A stretch of 64,000 bases of DNA, taken from the IMG/VR virus record IMGVR_UViG_3300035670_011014, positions 814-64,813 of that record; one strand, written 5' to 3'. Shown here in pieces: positions 40,401-48,962 of this stretch. The position numbers were made by a program, and so were the translations under genes. Position 1 is the stretch's first letter. The number at the start of each line of letters is the position of its first letter. Source of the stretch: a virus. Lineage: Duplodnaviria; Caudoviricetes. The notes below the pieces were generated by a model that saw only the letters and a program-made list of their open reading frames with translations, made no database searches and was not told the DNA's origin.

Positions 40401-43400
40401 AGTGAGTGAAAAATTCACATCAATGTTGAATACTCCATTCTTTGTAAACTCGATAAGTGATGCGAGTGACAAACTTAGAAATTCAACACAATACCCTTGG
40501 GTTAGCTCTGCGTACTTGTTTTTGAACTCTTTACCAATCTCGGGTTTAAGAGAAAAATACAAAACCTTCGAAAACAATTTAGCAACCGAGCTCGATTACA
40601 TCTATGCTACGTTGAATAAGTTTTCTTCAATTCACTCTCTACCCTATCCTTTTGTTTTGAAATACGGTTCACTTTGGCACCGATACAAAACTTGGAAGGA
40701 AACAGGGGTTGATGTTGTAAGTGGAATATCCCAAACTGTTGATTATGCTGAGCTGTATGATCCCGTTACCAGTGCAAAGACAAAAACATATGAAATTCCA
40801 TGGTCGGGTGGTACAGGTATAACCACGACTCAAATTGTCATGGAATTGAACCAGGCGCCTACAACGGGACAAACCTATTCAATCATGGACTTGGGAGTGT
40901 ATCCAAAGTTTATTGAAGACTTTTATTATTCTTTGTCTCAATCTTCTATACTGACAGGTTACACGAATCAAGACTTTTTAGCTGCAAATCAAAACGGTTT
41001 GATATTTGCTAAAAATTCAAATTCAGTTATCAGAAAACTGCAAGGATATTCTCAAACCAACACAGGGAGAACTCTAACAGTAAACAATTGGTATCAATAT
41101 GTTGAATTAGAAAATAACAATGACTTTGGTTCAATCCAAGAGACATCTACAGGATCGACAGGAAGTTATTTGTTAATTCCATCTTCGGGGGGTATACCAA
41201 TTAATGAAACCCTTTACGAGTGTTTTGAACAAGGTACAGGTTTGCAAATTTTAGAAGTAACAGGTAATACTTCAGTATATAATGGTAGTATTCGTAGCTA
41301 TTGGGGAGCTCCGAACTTTGGTTATTTGAATATGTCGGGGAGTCCTTTACCACAACCCGATATGTACTTCAAAAATATTACACAGAGCAAATATCAAAAT
41401 TCCTTCAATTTTAATTCTAAAGGAGAGTATGATTATCTCGAGGATATATTTGGAGTTTTTCCAAAAGATGTTTTGGATATTTTTGAAAGTAAGTTTTTAG
41501 ATTTTAGTAAAGCTCAACAGAATGTAACATCAAGTTTGAATGTTGAGAACGGATATTTTGAAGTTGATAATAATTCTGATTTGGTAGAGCAACAATTAAA
41601 ATATCAAAACTTCGGATTACTACTTAAAGAATTGTTCTTGGTTGAGACTGGTGATTTACCAGAAGATCAGAATCAAAGAGCGGCAGTCCTTGCAGATGCT
41701 CAACAGAAAAAGATTACTTCCATAATTGATGGATTTTTAAATTTTAGGGTATTGTTGAAATTGGGTAACCCGAGTTTATACAACAGGAGAATTTGGAACT
41801 CATTCAGGTTGACAGAAAAACCAACAGACCCGTATCTGTTTGGAAGTTATTTACCCGGTAGTCTTCCCTCTTCAGATGGTACAACCACATTAGTACAAAG
41901 TCAGACTCAGTATCCTGAAGAATGGGAAAAGTTATATACTACCGTGGGATTCTCCACAATACCCGAATTACAATACAAAAATACGGGTAGTTATATAACC
42001 GATTTTTTTATTGATAACAACATATCTTTTTCTGTTGGTAACATAGAAAACTGCGCAGGATTGATAAAAATCTATGCAAGTCGAAAGTTAGAAGAAACCA
42101 GTCCAACCTCAGCTTTCAGTACAGAATTCCAACAGGAATTCGGAACATATCTTTCGGGAACTACAGAGTTTCAAAATAACATTTTGAATCAAATTTTTAC
42201 TTCACTAAATAAAAAGTTACCAACTATTAATATACAAACCCAAGTTGAGCCACCAACTCTTGATGGTAAAGCTACACAACAGCAACTTTATTATACATTC
42301 AAAACTTTGAATGATAGATGGATAGCTGGTGGAGATTTTCAAACGAAGACAATTTTCGAAGACTTCTTGTTTATGGATAGAGCTAACCGTGATATCGGAG
42401 ATAAGATAGTCGTTGATTTGGAAGACGTAAAAAATATTGTGGCAAATCCAAACAATGGTGAGAGTGGATTATTAACTTTGATAAACACGCTTATCAAGGA
42501 AGCGGGTATGTATTTTATGGCACTCCCATCTTACGTAAATTTTTACGGAATACAAGAAGTCGGCAGTAAAAATAGTCCAATCAACTATGACATTGCGAGT
42601 TCGGCTTTTGGTACTTATTTAGATGTTGATTATCAAGATTCTCGCCCAAAGTTTTTATGTTATTATGTCGGGAAACCATCGGAACATTTGGAAATGAATC
42701 AAAACGTCGATTACAGATTCCGTGGTGACGGTAGTGATTTAGGTAACCCCACAAAAAACACACTATCAGAAAATCAACAAAACAAAACAGATTGGGGAAA
42801 AAGTAATAAAGTTGTGGGATTTGCGGTTGATTTTGGAACACGAAATCAAAACATGTTCAAATCGGTTTCTTTAGACCAAAGCCAATATAGAAACACCTCA
42901 GAAAGTTTTTCTATACTTTCAGGTTTGGCTCAAGTGGCATCAGGACAGAAGGCGGCTCAACAATCAACATCATTGTTCAACTTATATAGAACAAGAAGTT
43001 ATACTTGTGGTGTTAGTTCGATGGGTAACGTAATGATTCAACCTACGATGTATTTCAACCTTAGACACGTACCAATGTTCGAAGGTGCATATTTGATTAC
43101 TGACGTGACACATGACATAACTGCTGGTGGTTCGTTCGATACATCATTCAACGGTACACGTATACCTTTATTTGCACTACCTGACATTGATAAGTTAGTC
43201 ACAAGCGTTAACAAAAACTTACTGAGTACTTACCGTGAAAAATTAAAACAAATCGATAATCAAAAACAAGAAGAAGAAAGACAAAGACAACAAGCAGAGT
43301 CTGAAAAACTTAGAGAACAAGAACGTCAAAAAGAGGAAGAATTGGGTGGGCAACATAGTTGGAATACCCAACGAAGTACTTTGGGTGTTGGATGTAACGT

Positions 43401-44007
43401 CGCTTCAAAATATAGTGGGTTAAGTGGAACCACTTTCAACACGGAAACTGTAAGTATTGGAACAATCATTTCAGAAATAAAGGCATTAATACCTACAAGT
43501 GAGGCGTCATATCAGAACAAAAGACTTATGGCGTTTTGTGTCATTGCACAAGAACAAGGTGGTTATAACAACGGAAATCTACAACAGTTCAGAATTCCAA
43601 ACAAGAACGTTGCGGGTGTATACATAGATGGTTCATGGGGATCGATACAAAGAGATGATTTGAATGGGTTCATTTGTTTGAACATTACAACATCAAGTGG
43701 GCAGGTATCACGACCATTAGCGTCTTTCAAAGAATTGAACAAGTCAATATCCATAGTTGTTTCCAAATTCAAAAACAAAGTACCATCTGGTAATCCAACA
43801 ACACCTCCAGGACAAAAAATTCTTGCGACAAATATTATAAGAAACTGGATGACTTCTTGGTATAGATTATCTGATAATTGGGAAACGTTCAAGAATCAGA
43901 AGGATATTGAACCACCATACGATACTTACGGAACTAAGGCGGATAGATTCCAAACAAAGTTTGAAAACTTAATTAAGGTAGCCAAAAATTACGGACTATT
44001 GGATTAA
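37459..44007 (+). CDS. Giant baseplate hub-like protein with putative C-terminal muramidase-like domain
   Basis: 2182 aa after the LysM-like gene; MGNVMIQPTMYF...GAYLITDVTHDI...FDTSF (hub-like C-region), a charged coiled coil, then IAQEQG...NKNVAGV...ASFKELNKSI. Confidence 0.55.
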   Translation: MADNIFGRKFYAEEKIAVETDYNNILLIDPNKIVTPDGKFEERNVQQENLVMYANLEAKFLPRTKLANGVTLEESIYNVPIANMNINFLNPGQKGFLDSSWADYITGENSLKQQGQNQIKTNTRIDSNNQQVINRTVVNQNDNQTLGIKSIKIRNTTAQVPQVDIELVDVQGRTLFEQGENSIYSAFFQLPYPIFTLTIKGYYGKAVQYQLNLLSFNTRFDPNDGSYKVSLKFIGRTTQLLYDINLSQLVTLPKMFPITVNSETEITEPSESKTTTVSNTQTTRGMQKLFEVYDLYESKNLIPENFPRLTIEEMISRYENFQNIIVKQYGEQDMSVLNDIVEYEKQIQTYKNQIVGVGNQSWFGKYMDGFNFYVSKDGQTRYYKFKQEITEDQKNTARSELKDLYISQNNKKLAENKTFGNDGNFTIDGERIVTEVINDIDYKDFYKTFDKDNIDWEKTYQQRFRVSGSTTQIIAFKLTEEANILLLTNKLDENGEPVETEPQFFIFGDTAIPGSYTLNSFYFKINKILQDFLPKKQKVELLMSERLAKKISSDQGLGFYPSVRNVVAIIVASADAFLSLMDDIHRNAWNQRQNPVRLNSIINSNTSGIGTDTKQSLQTNTQGLDFVYPWPQYFELERDSQGNEFYVEKYPGDVDSISSTQGYLSDVWPEIEFTEEFIRASQRTTVAKTDNDYGNPAISATFVPVTSLEFPLNQTPYKTSAIVNNLYEIFERSYLIAYYNNINFGTEDKFEIFKSFADLETLNILNNLDNFDTKQLLKNYKFTSQNFLEVLRQFSNEGTGISYQQYERDIFTTPYIQEFVENPNQIYNSQTVDSKSIIVPDNEESVKKISELLSSSFSKNFKFDSKYPFTNTTWVKNNLQGLSTIGSAVDTNNTTRTLKFNARKKLIANFESDPTVVPSMLTYNSWLKLDKCAIFTNNVTTREQVTTYYDLVEGNFSVPKADDYGLQVTVGQYTFTAATTQVSEKFTSMLNTPFFVNSISDASDKLRNSTQYPWVSSAYLFLNSLPISGLREKYKTFENNLATELDYIYATLNKFSSIHSLPYPFVLKYGSLWHRYKTWKETGVDVVSGISQTVDYAELYDPVTSAKTKTYEIPWSGGTGITTTQIVMELNQAPTTGQTYSIMDLGVYPKFIEDFYYSLSQSSILTGYTNQDFLAANQNGLIFAKNSNSVIRKLQGYSQTNTGRTLTVNNWYQYVELENNNDFGSIQETSTGSTGSYLLIPSSGGIPINETLYECFEQGTGLQILEVTGNTSVYNGSIRSYWGAPNFGYLNMSGSPLPQPDMYFKNITQSKYQNSFNFNSKGEYDYLEDIFGVFPKDVLDIFESKFLDFSKAQQNVTSSLNVENGYFEVDNNSDLVEQQLKYQNFGLLLKELFLVETGDLPEDQNQRAAVLADAQQKKITSIIDGFLNFRVLLKLGNPSLYNRRIWNSFRLTEKPTDPYLFGSYLPGSLPSSDGTTTLVQSQTQYPEEWEKLYTTVGFSTIPELQYKNTGSYITDFFIDNNISFSVGNIENCAGLIKIYASRKLEETSPTSAFSTEFQQEFGTYLSGTTEFQNNILNQIFTSLNKKLPTINIQTQVEPPTLDGKATQQQLYYTFKTLNDRWIAGGDFQTKTIFEDFLFMDRANRDIGDKIVVDLEDVKNIVANPNNGESGLLTLINTLIKEAGMYFMALPSYVNFYGIQEVGSKNSPINYDIASSAFGTYLDVDYQDSRPKFLCYYVGKPSEHLEMNQNVDYRFRGDGSDLGNPTKNTLSENQQNKTDWGKSNKVVGFAVDFGTRNQNMFKSVSLDQSQYRNTSESFSILSGLAQVASGQKAAQQSTSLFNLYRTRSYTCGVSSMGNVMIQPTMYFNLRHVPMFEGAYLITDVTHDITAGGSFDTSFNGTRIPLFALPDIDKLVTSVNKNLLSTYREKLKQIDNQKQEEERQRQQAESEKLREQERQKEEELGGQHSWNTQRSTLGVGCNVASKYSGLSGTTFNTETVSIGTIISEIKALIPTSEASYQNKRLMAFCVIAQEQGGYNNGNLQQFRIPNKNVAGVYIDGSWGSIQRDDLNGFICLNITTSSGQVSRPLASFKELNKSISIVVSKFKNKVPSGNPTTPPGQKILATNIIRNWMTSWYRLSDNWETFKNQKDIEPPYDTYGTKADRFQTKFENLIKVAKNYGLLD

Positions 44008-44032
44008 GGGAAATATTTATAAATAAAAAGAT

Positions 44033-44275
44033 ATGGCAAACTTTGTATTCAAAAAATCTAACAACGAAGTAGTCTTCATAAATGGAGATGAAAGTTTTGT
44101 AAACTTAGGGGATGGAACTTTCACCTTGTCAAATGCTCAACCGGAATGGGAAATAACACCATGGGATGAAACTGTATTTGAGGGTGTAAGTGCGGAAATT
44201 GAAATTCCCCAAGATTTAGTTCTAGGTAGCGCAACCTTAACACAAGTTAATGGGGAATGGGTTTTGAGTGTTTAA
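44033..44275 (+). CDS. Hypothetical protein
   Basis: 80-aa ORF after TATTTATA at 44014. Confidence 0.6.
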   Translation: MANFVFKKSNNEVVFINGDESFVNLGDGTFTLSNAQPEWEITPWDETVFEGVSAEIEIPQDLVLGSATLTQVNGEWVLSV

Positions 44276-44320
44276 TTCCGTAAAAAGACTTCTTAGAATA
44301 TATTTATAATAAAAAAACTT

Positions 44321-44548
44321 ATGTCAAACATAAAAAAATTACTCGACGACTATCTACAAAAGGACTCGAGAATAGTAGAAAAAGAAAGTGGAAATGGTTA
44401 CAAAGAAGTTTGTGACTTGGACACAGGTGATTGTTACACTGTCAGAATGAAAGATGGTTTGATAGAAAGAGTCGACAATACGATGAAACTAAACAGAACG
44501 TTGAAAGTTGAAACACCACACGGAGTTAAAACTCTTTTGAACGGTTAA
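44321..44548 (+). CDS. Hypothetical protein
   Basis: 75 aa with VCDLDTGDCY; after TATTTATA at 44301. Confidence 0.65.
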   Translation: MSNIKKLLDDYLQKDSRIVEKESGNGYKEVCDLDTGDCYTVRMKDGLIERVDNTMKLNRTLKVETPHGVKTLLNG

Positions 44549-44560
44549 AAAAAATACAAA

Positions 44561-45184
44561 ATGGGAGTAGAGAAAAAAATATTGGAAGAATTGAATAGAT
44601 ACAATCAAATCAATTCATACATCACCGAACAAGCTGATCCTTTAGCAGATTTAGCTGGTGGTGCGGACGAAACACCAGCAACTAATGATTTGCCGGACGC
44701 TGGAGCTGAAGAGGTTGCAGAACCTGTTGATGTTGCCAGTGATCCTGAAGTCGAAGTAATTGGTGATGAAGGTGGTACCGAAACTGAAAGTGAAACTGAA
44801 GAGTTGGATATCACTGATTTGGTAAACAAACAAAATGAAGTAGCAACTAAACAAGATGAATACATGAGTAACTTGTTTGGTAAACTGGAGGACTTAACAA
44901 ATAAGTTGGGGGAAATGGACAAGATTTTCGATAAGATTAATTCTTTGGAGCAGAAGATTGAAAAATATAGAGAAAAAACTCCCGAAGAAAGATTACATTT
45001 GAGAAGTTTGGATTCATATCCTTATAATCAAAAACTCACAGACTTTTTTGTTGACAAACAACCCGAGATGGAAAAGTCAGGTAAACATGAGTATGTTTTA
45101 ACGGCAGATGAAGTGAAAAACTTTTCGGACAACTCAATAAGAGATACTTTCGGACCTATCCCTAAAAATAACCCAAGTTTCTAA
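44561..45184 (+). CDS. Acidic coiled-coil protein (possible prohead core/scaffold-type)
   Basis: Very acidic segment followed by a heptad coiled coil; the function is inferred. Confidence 0.5.
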   Translation: MGVEKKILEELNRYNQINSYITEQADPLADLAGGADETPATNDLPDAGAEEVAEPVDVASDPEVEVIGDEGGTETESETEELDITDLVNKQNEVATKQDEYMSNLFGKLEDLTNKLGEMDKIFDKINSLEQKIEKYREKTPEERLHLRSLDSYPYNQKLTDFFVDKQPEMEKSGKHEYVLTADEVKNFSDNSIRDTFGPIPKNNPSF

Positions 45185-45216
45185 AATAACCCCCTACTAA
45201 GGGGGTTTATTTTTTT
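45183..45216 (+). terminator. Intrinsic terminator
   Basis: AACCCCCT-ACTA-AGGGGGTT followed by TATTTTTTT. Confidence 0.75.
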
Positions 45217-45302
45217 ACACAAGTTTGATTTTATTTATTTTTTTCCTATCATTTATCAACAGAGTAATCGAGTATTAACAAGAACAATTAAAAACCAAAA
45301 TT

Positions 45303-46157
45303 ATGTCAAATTCAGTTTTAGACGCGGTTCTTTCACAGTATGAAAAGAACACGTCAGGTTCCTCAAACGGGGGTAACCGTATGTCTCAAGAAGAGAGAAT
45401 GAAAAGATACTTCACAACTATCTTGGATAAAAATCAGAAGTCGGCTTCACGTCGGATTCGAATCCTACCAACCACAGACGGTAGTTCACCATTCAAAGAA
45501 GTATGGTATCATGAAGTACAGGTGAATGGACAATGGCAAAAGTTTTACGATCCAGGAAAAAATGATAACGAACGATCACCTTTGAGTGAAGTTTATGAGA
45601 CTCTTATGTCAACAGGAAAAGATTCTGATAAAGAATTGGCTCGACAGTACAAGTCACGTAAATTCTATATTGTAAAAGTTGTTGATAGAGATAACGAACA
45701 AGACGGACCAAAGTTTTGGAGATTCAAAGACAATTACAAGCAAGAAGGTATCTTGGATAAAATTATTCCAATTTGGAAACAAAAGGGTGATATCACGGAT
45801 GCCGAGAACGGACGTGATTTGATTATCGAACTGTCAAAAAGCAAAACACCCGCAGGTAAAGAATATACCGTTGTACAAACAATTATGTATGACGATCCGA
45901 GTTCACTTCATAACGATGTTTCCACCAAAAAAGAATGGTTAGAAGACGAGCTGACTTGGGCTGATGTGTATTCAAAAAAACCTGTAGAATATCTTGAGGC
46001 AATCGCACGTGGTGAAACACCATTGTGGGATTCTGAATTGAAAAAGTATGTTTATGGTGATGATGCGGTTCTATCTCTTGGTGGTGGAAGAAAGGAAGAA
46101 ACTCCTGTATCCGATCCACAAGCGAACGCAGAACCTGATGAGGATCTACCATTCTAA
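45303..46157 (+). CDS. Single-stranded DNA-binding protein (T4 gp32-like)
   Basis: IRILP...PFKEVWYH...; acidic tail EPDEDLPF; first gene of the replication cluster. Confidence 0.75.
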   Translation: MSNSVLDAVLSQYEKNTSGSSNGGNRMSQEERMKRYFTTILDKNQKSASRRIRILPTTDGSSPFKEVWYHEVQVNGQWQKFYDPGKNDNERSPLSEVYETLMSTGKDSDKELARQYKSRKFYIVKVVDRDNEQDGPKFWRFKDNYKQEGILDKIIPIWKQKGDITDAENGRDLIIELSKSKTPAGKEYTVVQTIMYDDPSSLHNDVSTKKEWLEDELTWADVYSKKPVEYLEAIARGETPLWDSELKKYVYGDDAVLSLGGGRKEETPVSDPQANAEPDEDLPF

Positions 46158-46163
46158 TTCACC

Positions 46164-46206
46164 TGAGCATGGGTACTTCAATAACTGAGTATCCATGCTC
46201 ATTTTT
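46164..46206 (+). terminator. Long hairpin/terminator after SSB gene
   Basis: TGAGCATGGGTACT(T)CA-ATAAC-TGAGTATCCATGCTCA followed by TTTTT. Confidence 0.65.
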
Positions 46207-46229
46207 AGTTAATATTATACACAAAGAAA

Positions 46230-46451
46230 ATGAAAATAAGAAAATTAATGTACGATTCTCTCATCAAAAAGTATGAGAGTGAAATTGCAGAGTCAGAAGC
46301 CACATTGATGGTTTATATGGAAAATCCTGTTGGGATTGGTGAACATCCACAACATTTGGAAGAAATGGATAAGTTTGTTGAGAAATTAGCAAACGCCCAA
46401 GACAAATTAGAAACACTTAAAGAATTCTACAAATACAACTATGGCAATTAA
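46230..46451 (+). CDS. Small hypothetical phage protein
   Basis: 73 aa helical hairpin with NPVGIGEHP, a motif I recall from T4-like aquatic phages. Confidence 0.7.
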   Translation: MKIRKLMYDSLIKKYESEIAESEATLMVYMENPVGIGEHPQHLEEMDKFVEKLANAQDKLETLKEFYKYNYGN

Positions 46452-47451
46452 GAAGAAAGAATTTGGTGATATTAAAAAGAAGTTTTCAACTTCCGCCAAG
46501 TACAAACCACAACGGTTTTTTGATTGTGGACCTGAGTTTTTGGAGGCTGTTGGTTTGCCAGGTCCAGGTATTGGACACATTAATATGTTTTTAGGACATA
46601 GTGACACAGGTAAAACAACGGCTCTAATCAAGTCGGCTGTTAGTGCACAAAAACAAGGAATCCTTCCTGTTTTCATTATTACAGAACAAAAATGGAGTTT
46701 CGAACATGCGCAACTAATGGGTTTTGAGTGTGATGAGGTTGTAGATGAAGAAACAGGAGAAATCGATTGGGACGGATTTTTTATATTCAACAACAACTTC
46801 AGTTACATCGAGCAAATCACGGATTACATCAACTCTTTGTTGGACGCTCAAGAAAAAGGTGAACTTGAATATGATTTGTTATTCCTTTGGGATTCTATAG
46901 GTTCAATTCCTTCCAAAATGACATACGAAGGTAAGGGTGGCAAACAACACAATGCCGCAACTCTATCTGACAAAATCGGTATGGGTATTAACCAACGTAT
47001 TTCAGGTTCAAGAAAGGCAGACTCCAAGTATGAAAATACTTTGGTTATCGTGAATCAACCATGGGTTGAACTTCCTGATAATCCTTTCGGACAACCCAAA
47101 ATTAAAGCTAAAGGTGGTGAATCTGTTTGGCTTAACTCGTCCTTGGTATTCCTATTCGGAAATCAGAAAGGGGCTGGAACTACAAAAATTACAGCAACTA
47201 AAGACAAACGTACTGTCAAGTTTGCTACTCGTACTAAAATCTCAGTTATGAAAAATCACATCAATGGTTTAGGATACGAGGACGGAAAAATAATTGTGAC
47301 ACCCCATGGGTTTTTGGCGGGTAAGGAAGCGTCAGAAGAGAAAGCATCTATCGAAGCTTATAAAAAAGAACACTCTGATTATTGGAAACAAATAATCGGT
47401 GTTGAAGGAGATTTTGATTTGGTTGAGGAGAAAGAAGTAGGAGAACTATAA
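46441..47451 (+). CDS. recA: RecA/UvsX-like recombinase
   Basis: Walker A GHSDTGKTT, Walker B LFLWDSIG, IVNQ, KGG, KN motifs. Confidence 0.85.
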   Translation: MAIKKKEFGDIKKKFSTSAKYKPQRFFDCGPEFLEAVGLPGPGIGHINMFLGHSDTGKTTALIKSAVSAQKQGILPVFIITEQKWSFEHAQLMGFECDEVVDEETGEIDWDGFFIFNNNFSYIEQITDYINSLLDAQEKGELEYDLLFLWDSIGSIPSKMTYEGKGGKQHNAATLSDKIGMGINQRISGSRKADSKYENTLVIVNQPWVELPDNPFGQPKIKAKGGESVWLNSSLVFLFGNQKGAGTTKITATKDKRTVKFATRTKISVMKNHINGLGYEDGKIIVTPHGFLAGKEASEEKASIEAYKKEHSDYWKQIIGVEGDFDLVEEKEVGEL

Positions 47452-47461
47452 AAATTAAATT

Positions 47462-48466
47462 GTGACTACTACACTTCTCGTTGACGGAGACAACTTGTTT
47501 AAAATTGGATTTCACGGTGTTCGTGAACTCTACAATGAATCCAAACATATTGGAGGATTGTTCCATTTTATTAATACCTTACGCAAACACATTTTGGAAA
47601 ATGAGTTTGATAAGGTGATTGTATTTTGGGACGGTAAGAACAATTCCCAAAGACGAAAAGACATATTTCCTGAATACAAACAAAATCGTAAACAGACACT
47701 TAACGAATATCAAAAAGAATCGTTTGACTGGCAACGTCAAAGGGTTAAGTTGTACCTCGAAGAGCTATTCATAAGACAAATTATGATAGATGGTTGTGAG
47801 AGTGATGACTTGATTGCCTACTACTGTCACATCTCTGAAGATGAATTCAAAACCATTTTTTCATCAGACAAAGACTTAACGCAATTGATTTCGGAACAAG
47901 TGTCTGTTTATTCTCCAATCAAAAGACAACTATATAAAAACGGGGATAAAATTGACATCGATGACTTGGAAATTCCTCACGAAAACATAGTAGTTTATAA
48001 AACTATTATGGGGGATAAATCCGATAACATTGATGGGATACATTTCCTCGGAGCTAAGACTTTAGTTAAATTTTTTCCTGAAATTTTGTCAGAAAAAATA
48101 GACATAAATTTTGTGAAAGAAAAAACGAAAGAATTGGCAAAAAATATCACATCAACCGCAGTTACAAATTTGTTAGAAGGAAAAACCAAGAGAGGGGTAA
48201 TTGGTGATTTTTTTTGGGAACGTAATGTAAAGTTGGTGGATTTATCTGTACCTTTGCTCTCGGATGAAAATAAGTCTGAGGTTAATGATTACTATCGTGA
48301 GGATTTGGATCCTGAGGGGCGTGGGTATAAGAATTTAATTCGTCTAATGATTGAAGATGGTATTTTCAAATACCTTCCCAAACAAGACGAACAATGGGTA
48401 GAGTTTGTGAACCCTTTTATGAAACTCACAAGAAAAGAAAAAAGAAGATTTATTAAAAACCAATAA
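47462..48466 (+). CDS. 5'-3' exonuclease/flap endonuclease (T4 RNase H/PolI N-terminal-like)
   Basis: LLVDGDN, VFWDG, YKQNR, ESDDLIA, SSDKDLTQL, GDKSDNIDGI..LGAKT. Confidence 0.9.
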   Translation: MTTTLLVDGDNLFKIGFHGVRELYNESKHIGGLFHFINTLRKHILENEFDKVIVFWDGKNNSQRRKDIFPEYKQNRKQTLNEYQKESFDWQRQRVKLYLEELFIRQIMIDGCESDDLIAYYCHISEDEFKTIFSSDKDLTQLISEQVSVYSPIKRQLYKNGDKIDIDDLEIPHENIVVYKTIMGDKSDNIDGIHFLGAKTLVKFFPEILSEKIDINFVKEKTKELAKNITSTAVTNLLEGKTKRGVIGDFFWERNVKLVDLSVPLLSDENKSEVNDYYREDLDPEGRGYKNLIRLMIEDGIFKYLPKQDEQWVEFVNPFMKLTRKEKRRFIKNQ

Positions 48467-48469
48467 AAA

Positions 48470-48922
48470 ATGGATAAAAACCTAGATTTAACCAAAATGG
48501 AGTTCTTGTTAACTCTCAATGACAATTTTGTAGTACAACGTTATTACAATGTCAAAAACTACAATGAAAGGGCATATAAGAGTGTCGACTTCTACGAATT
48601 GTTAAAATCAATTAGTGAGGTAATTCAATCTGATTTGAAAATGAAATCAACCATTTATATGATGGATAATTTCGAACAGATTTACCTCGATCCGACAGTT
48701 CTTGACACTTCGAATACCGACGAAGCTGAGTGGTTTAATATCTATATTAAGGTGGGAGATAAGACAATTTGTCATAGAGCGTTCGACGCTAAATTATACC
48801 CTCCGAAGGTGAGATATACTGTGGATGTACGTCCACACCTAAAAAACATTTTGAAATATTTGACTGACATTTTTTCAGATGAAAATTTATCTTACGAATA
48901 CATGGATTATACCCTGAACTAA
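48470..48922 (+). CDS. Hypothetical protein
   Basis: 150-aa ORF within the replication operon. Confidence 0.7.
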   Translation: MDKNLDLTKMEFLLTLNDNFVVQRYYNVKNYNERAYKSVDFYELLKSISEVIQSDLKMKSTIYMMDNFEQIYLDPTVLDTSNTDEAEWFNIYIKVGDKTICHRAFDAKLYPPKVRYTVDVRPHLKNILKYLTDIFSDENLSYEYMDYTLN

Positions 48923-48962
48923 GTGTATTTATATTTCACACAGACAACTAAATTTATAAAAA

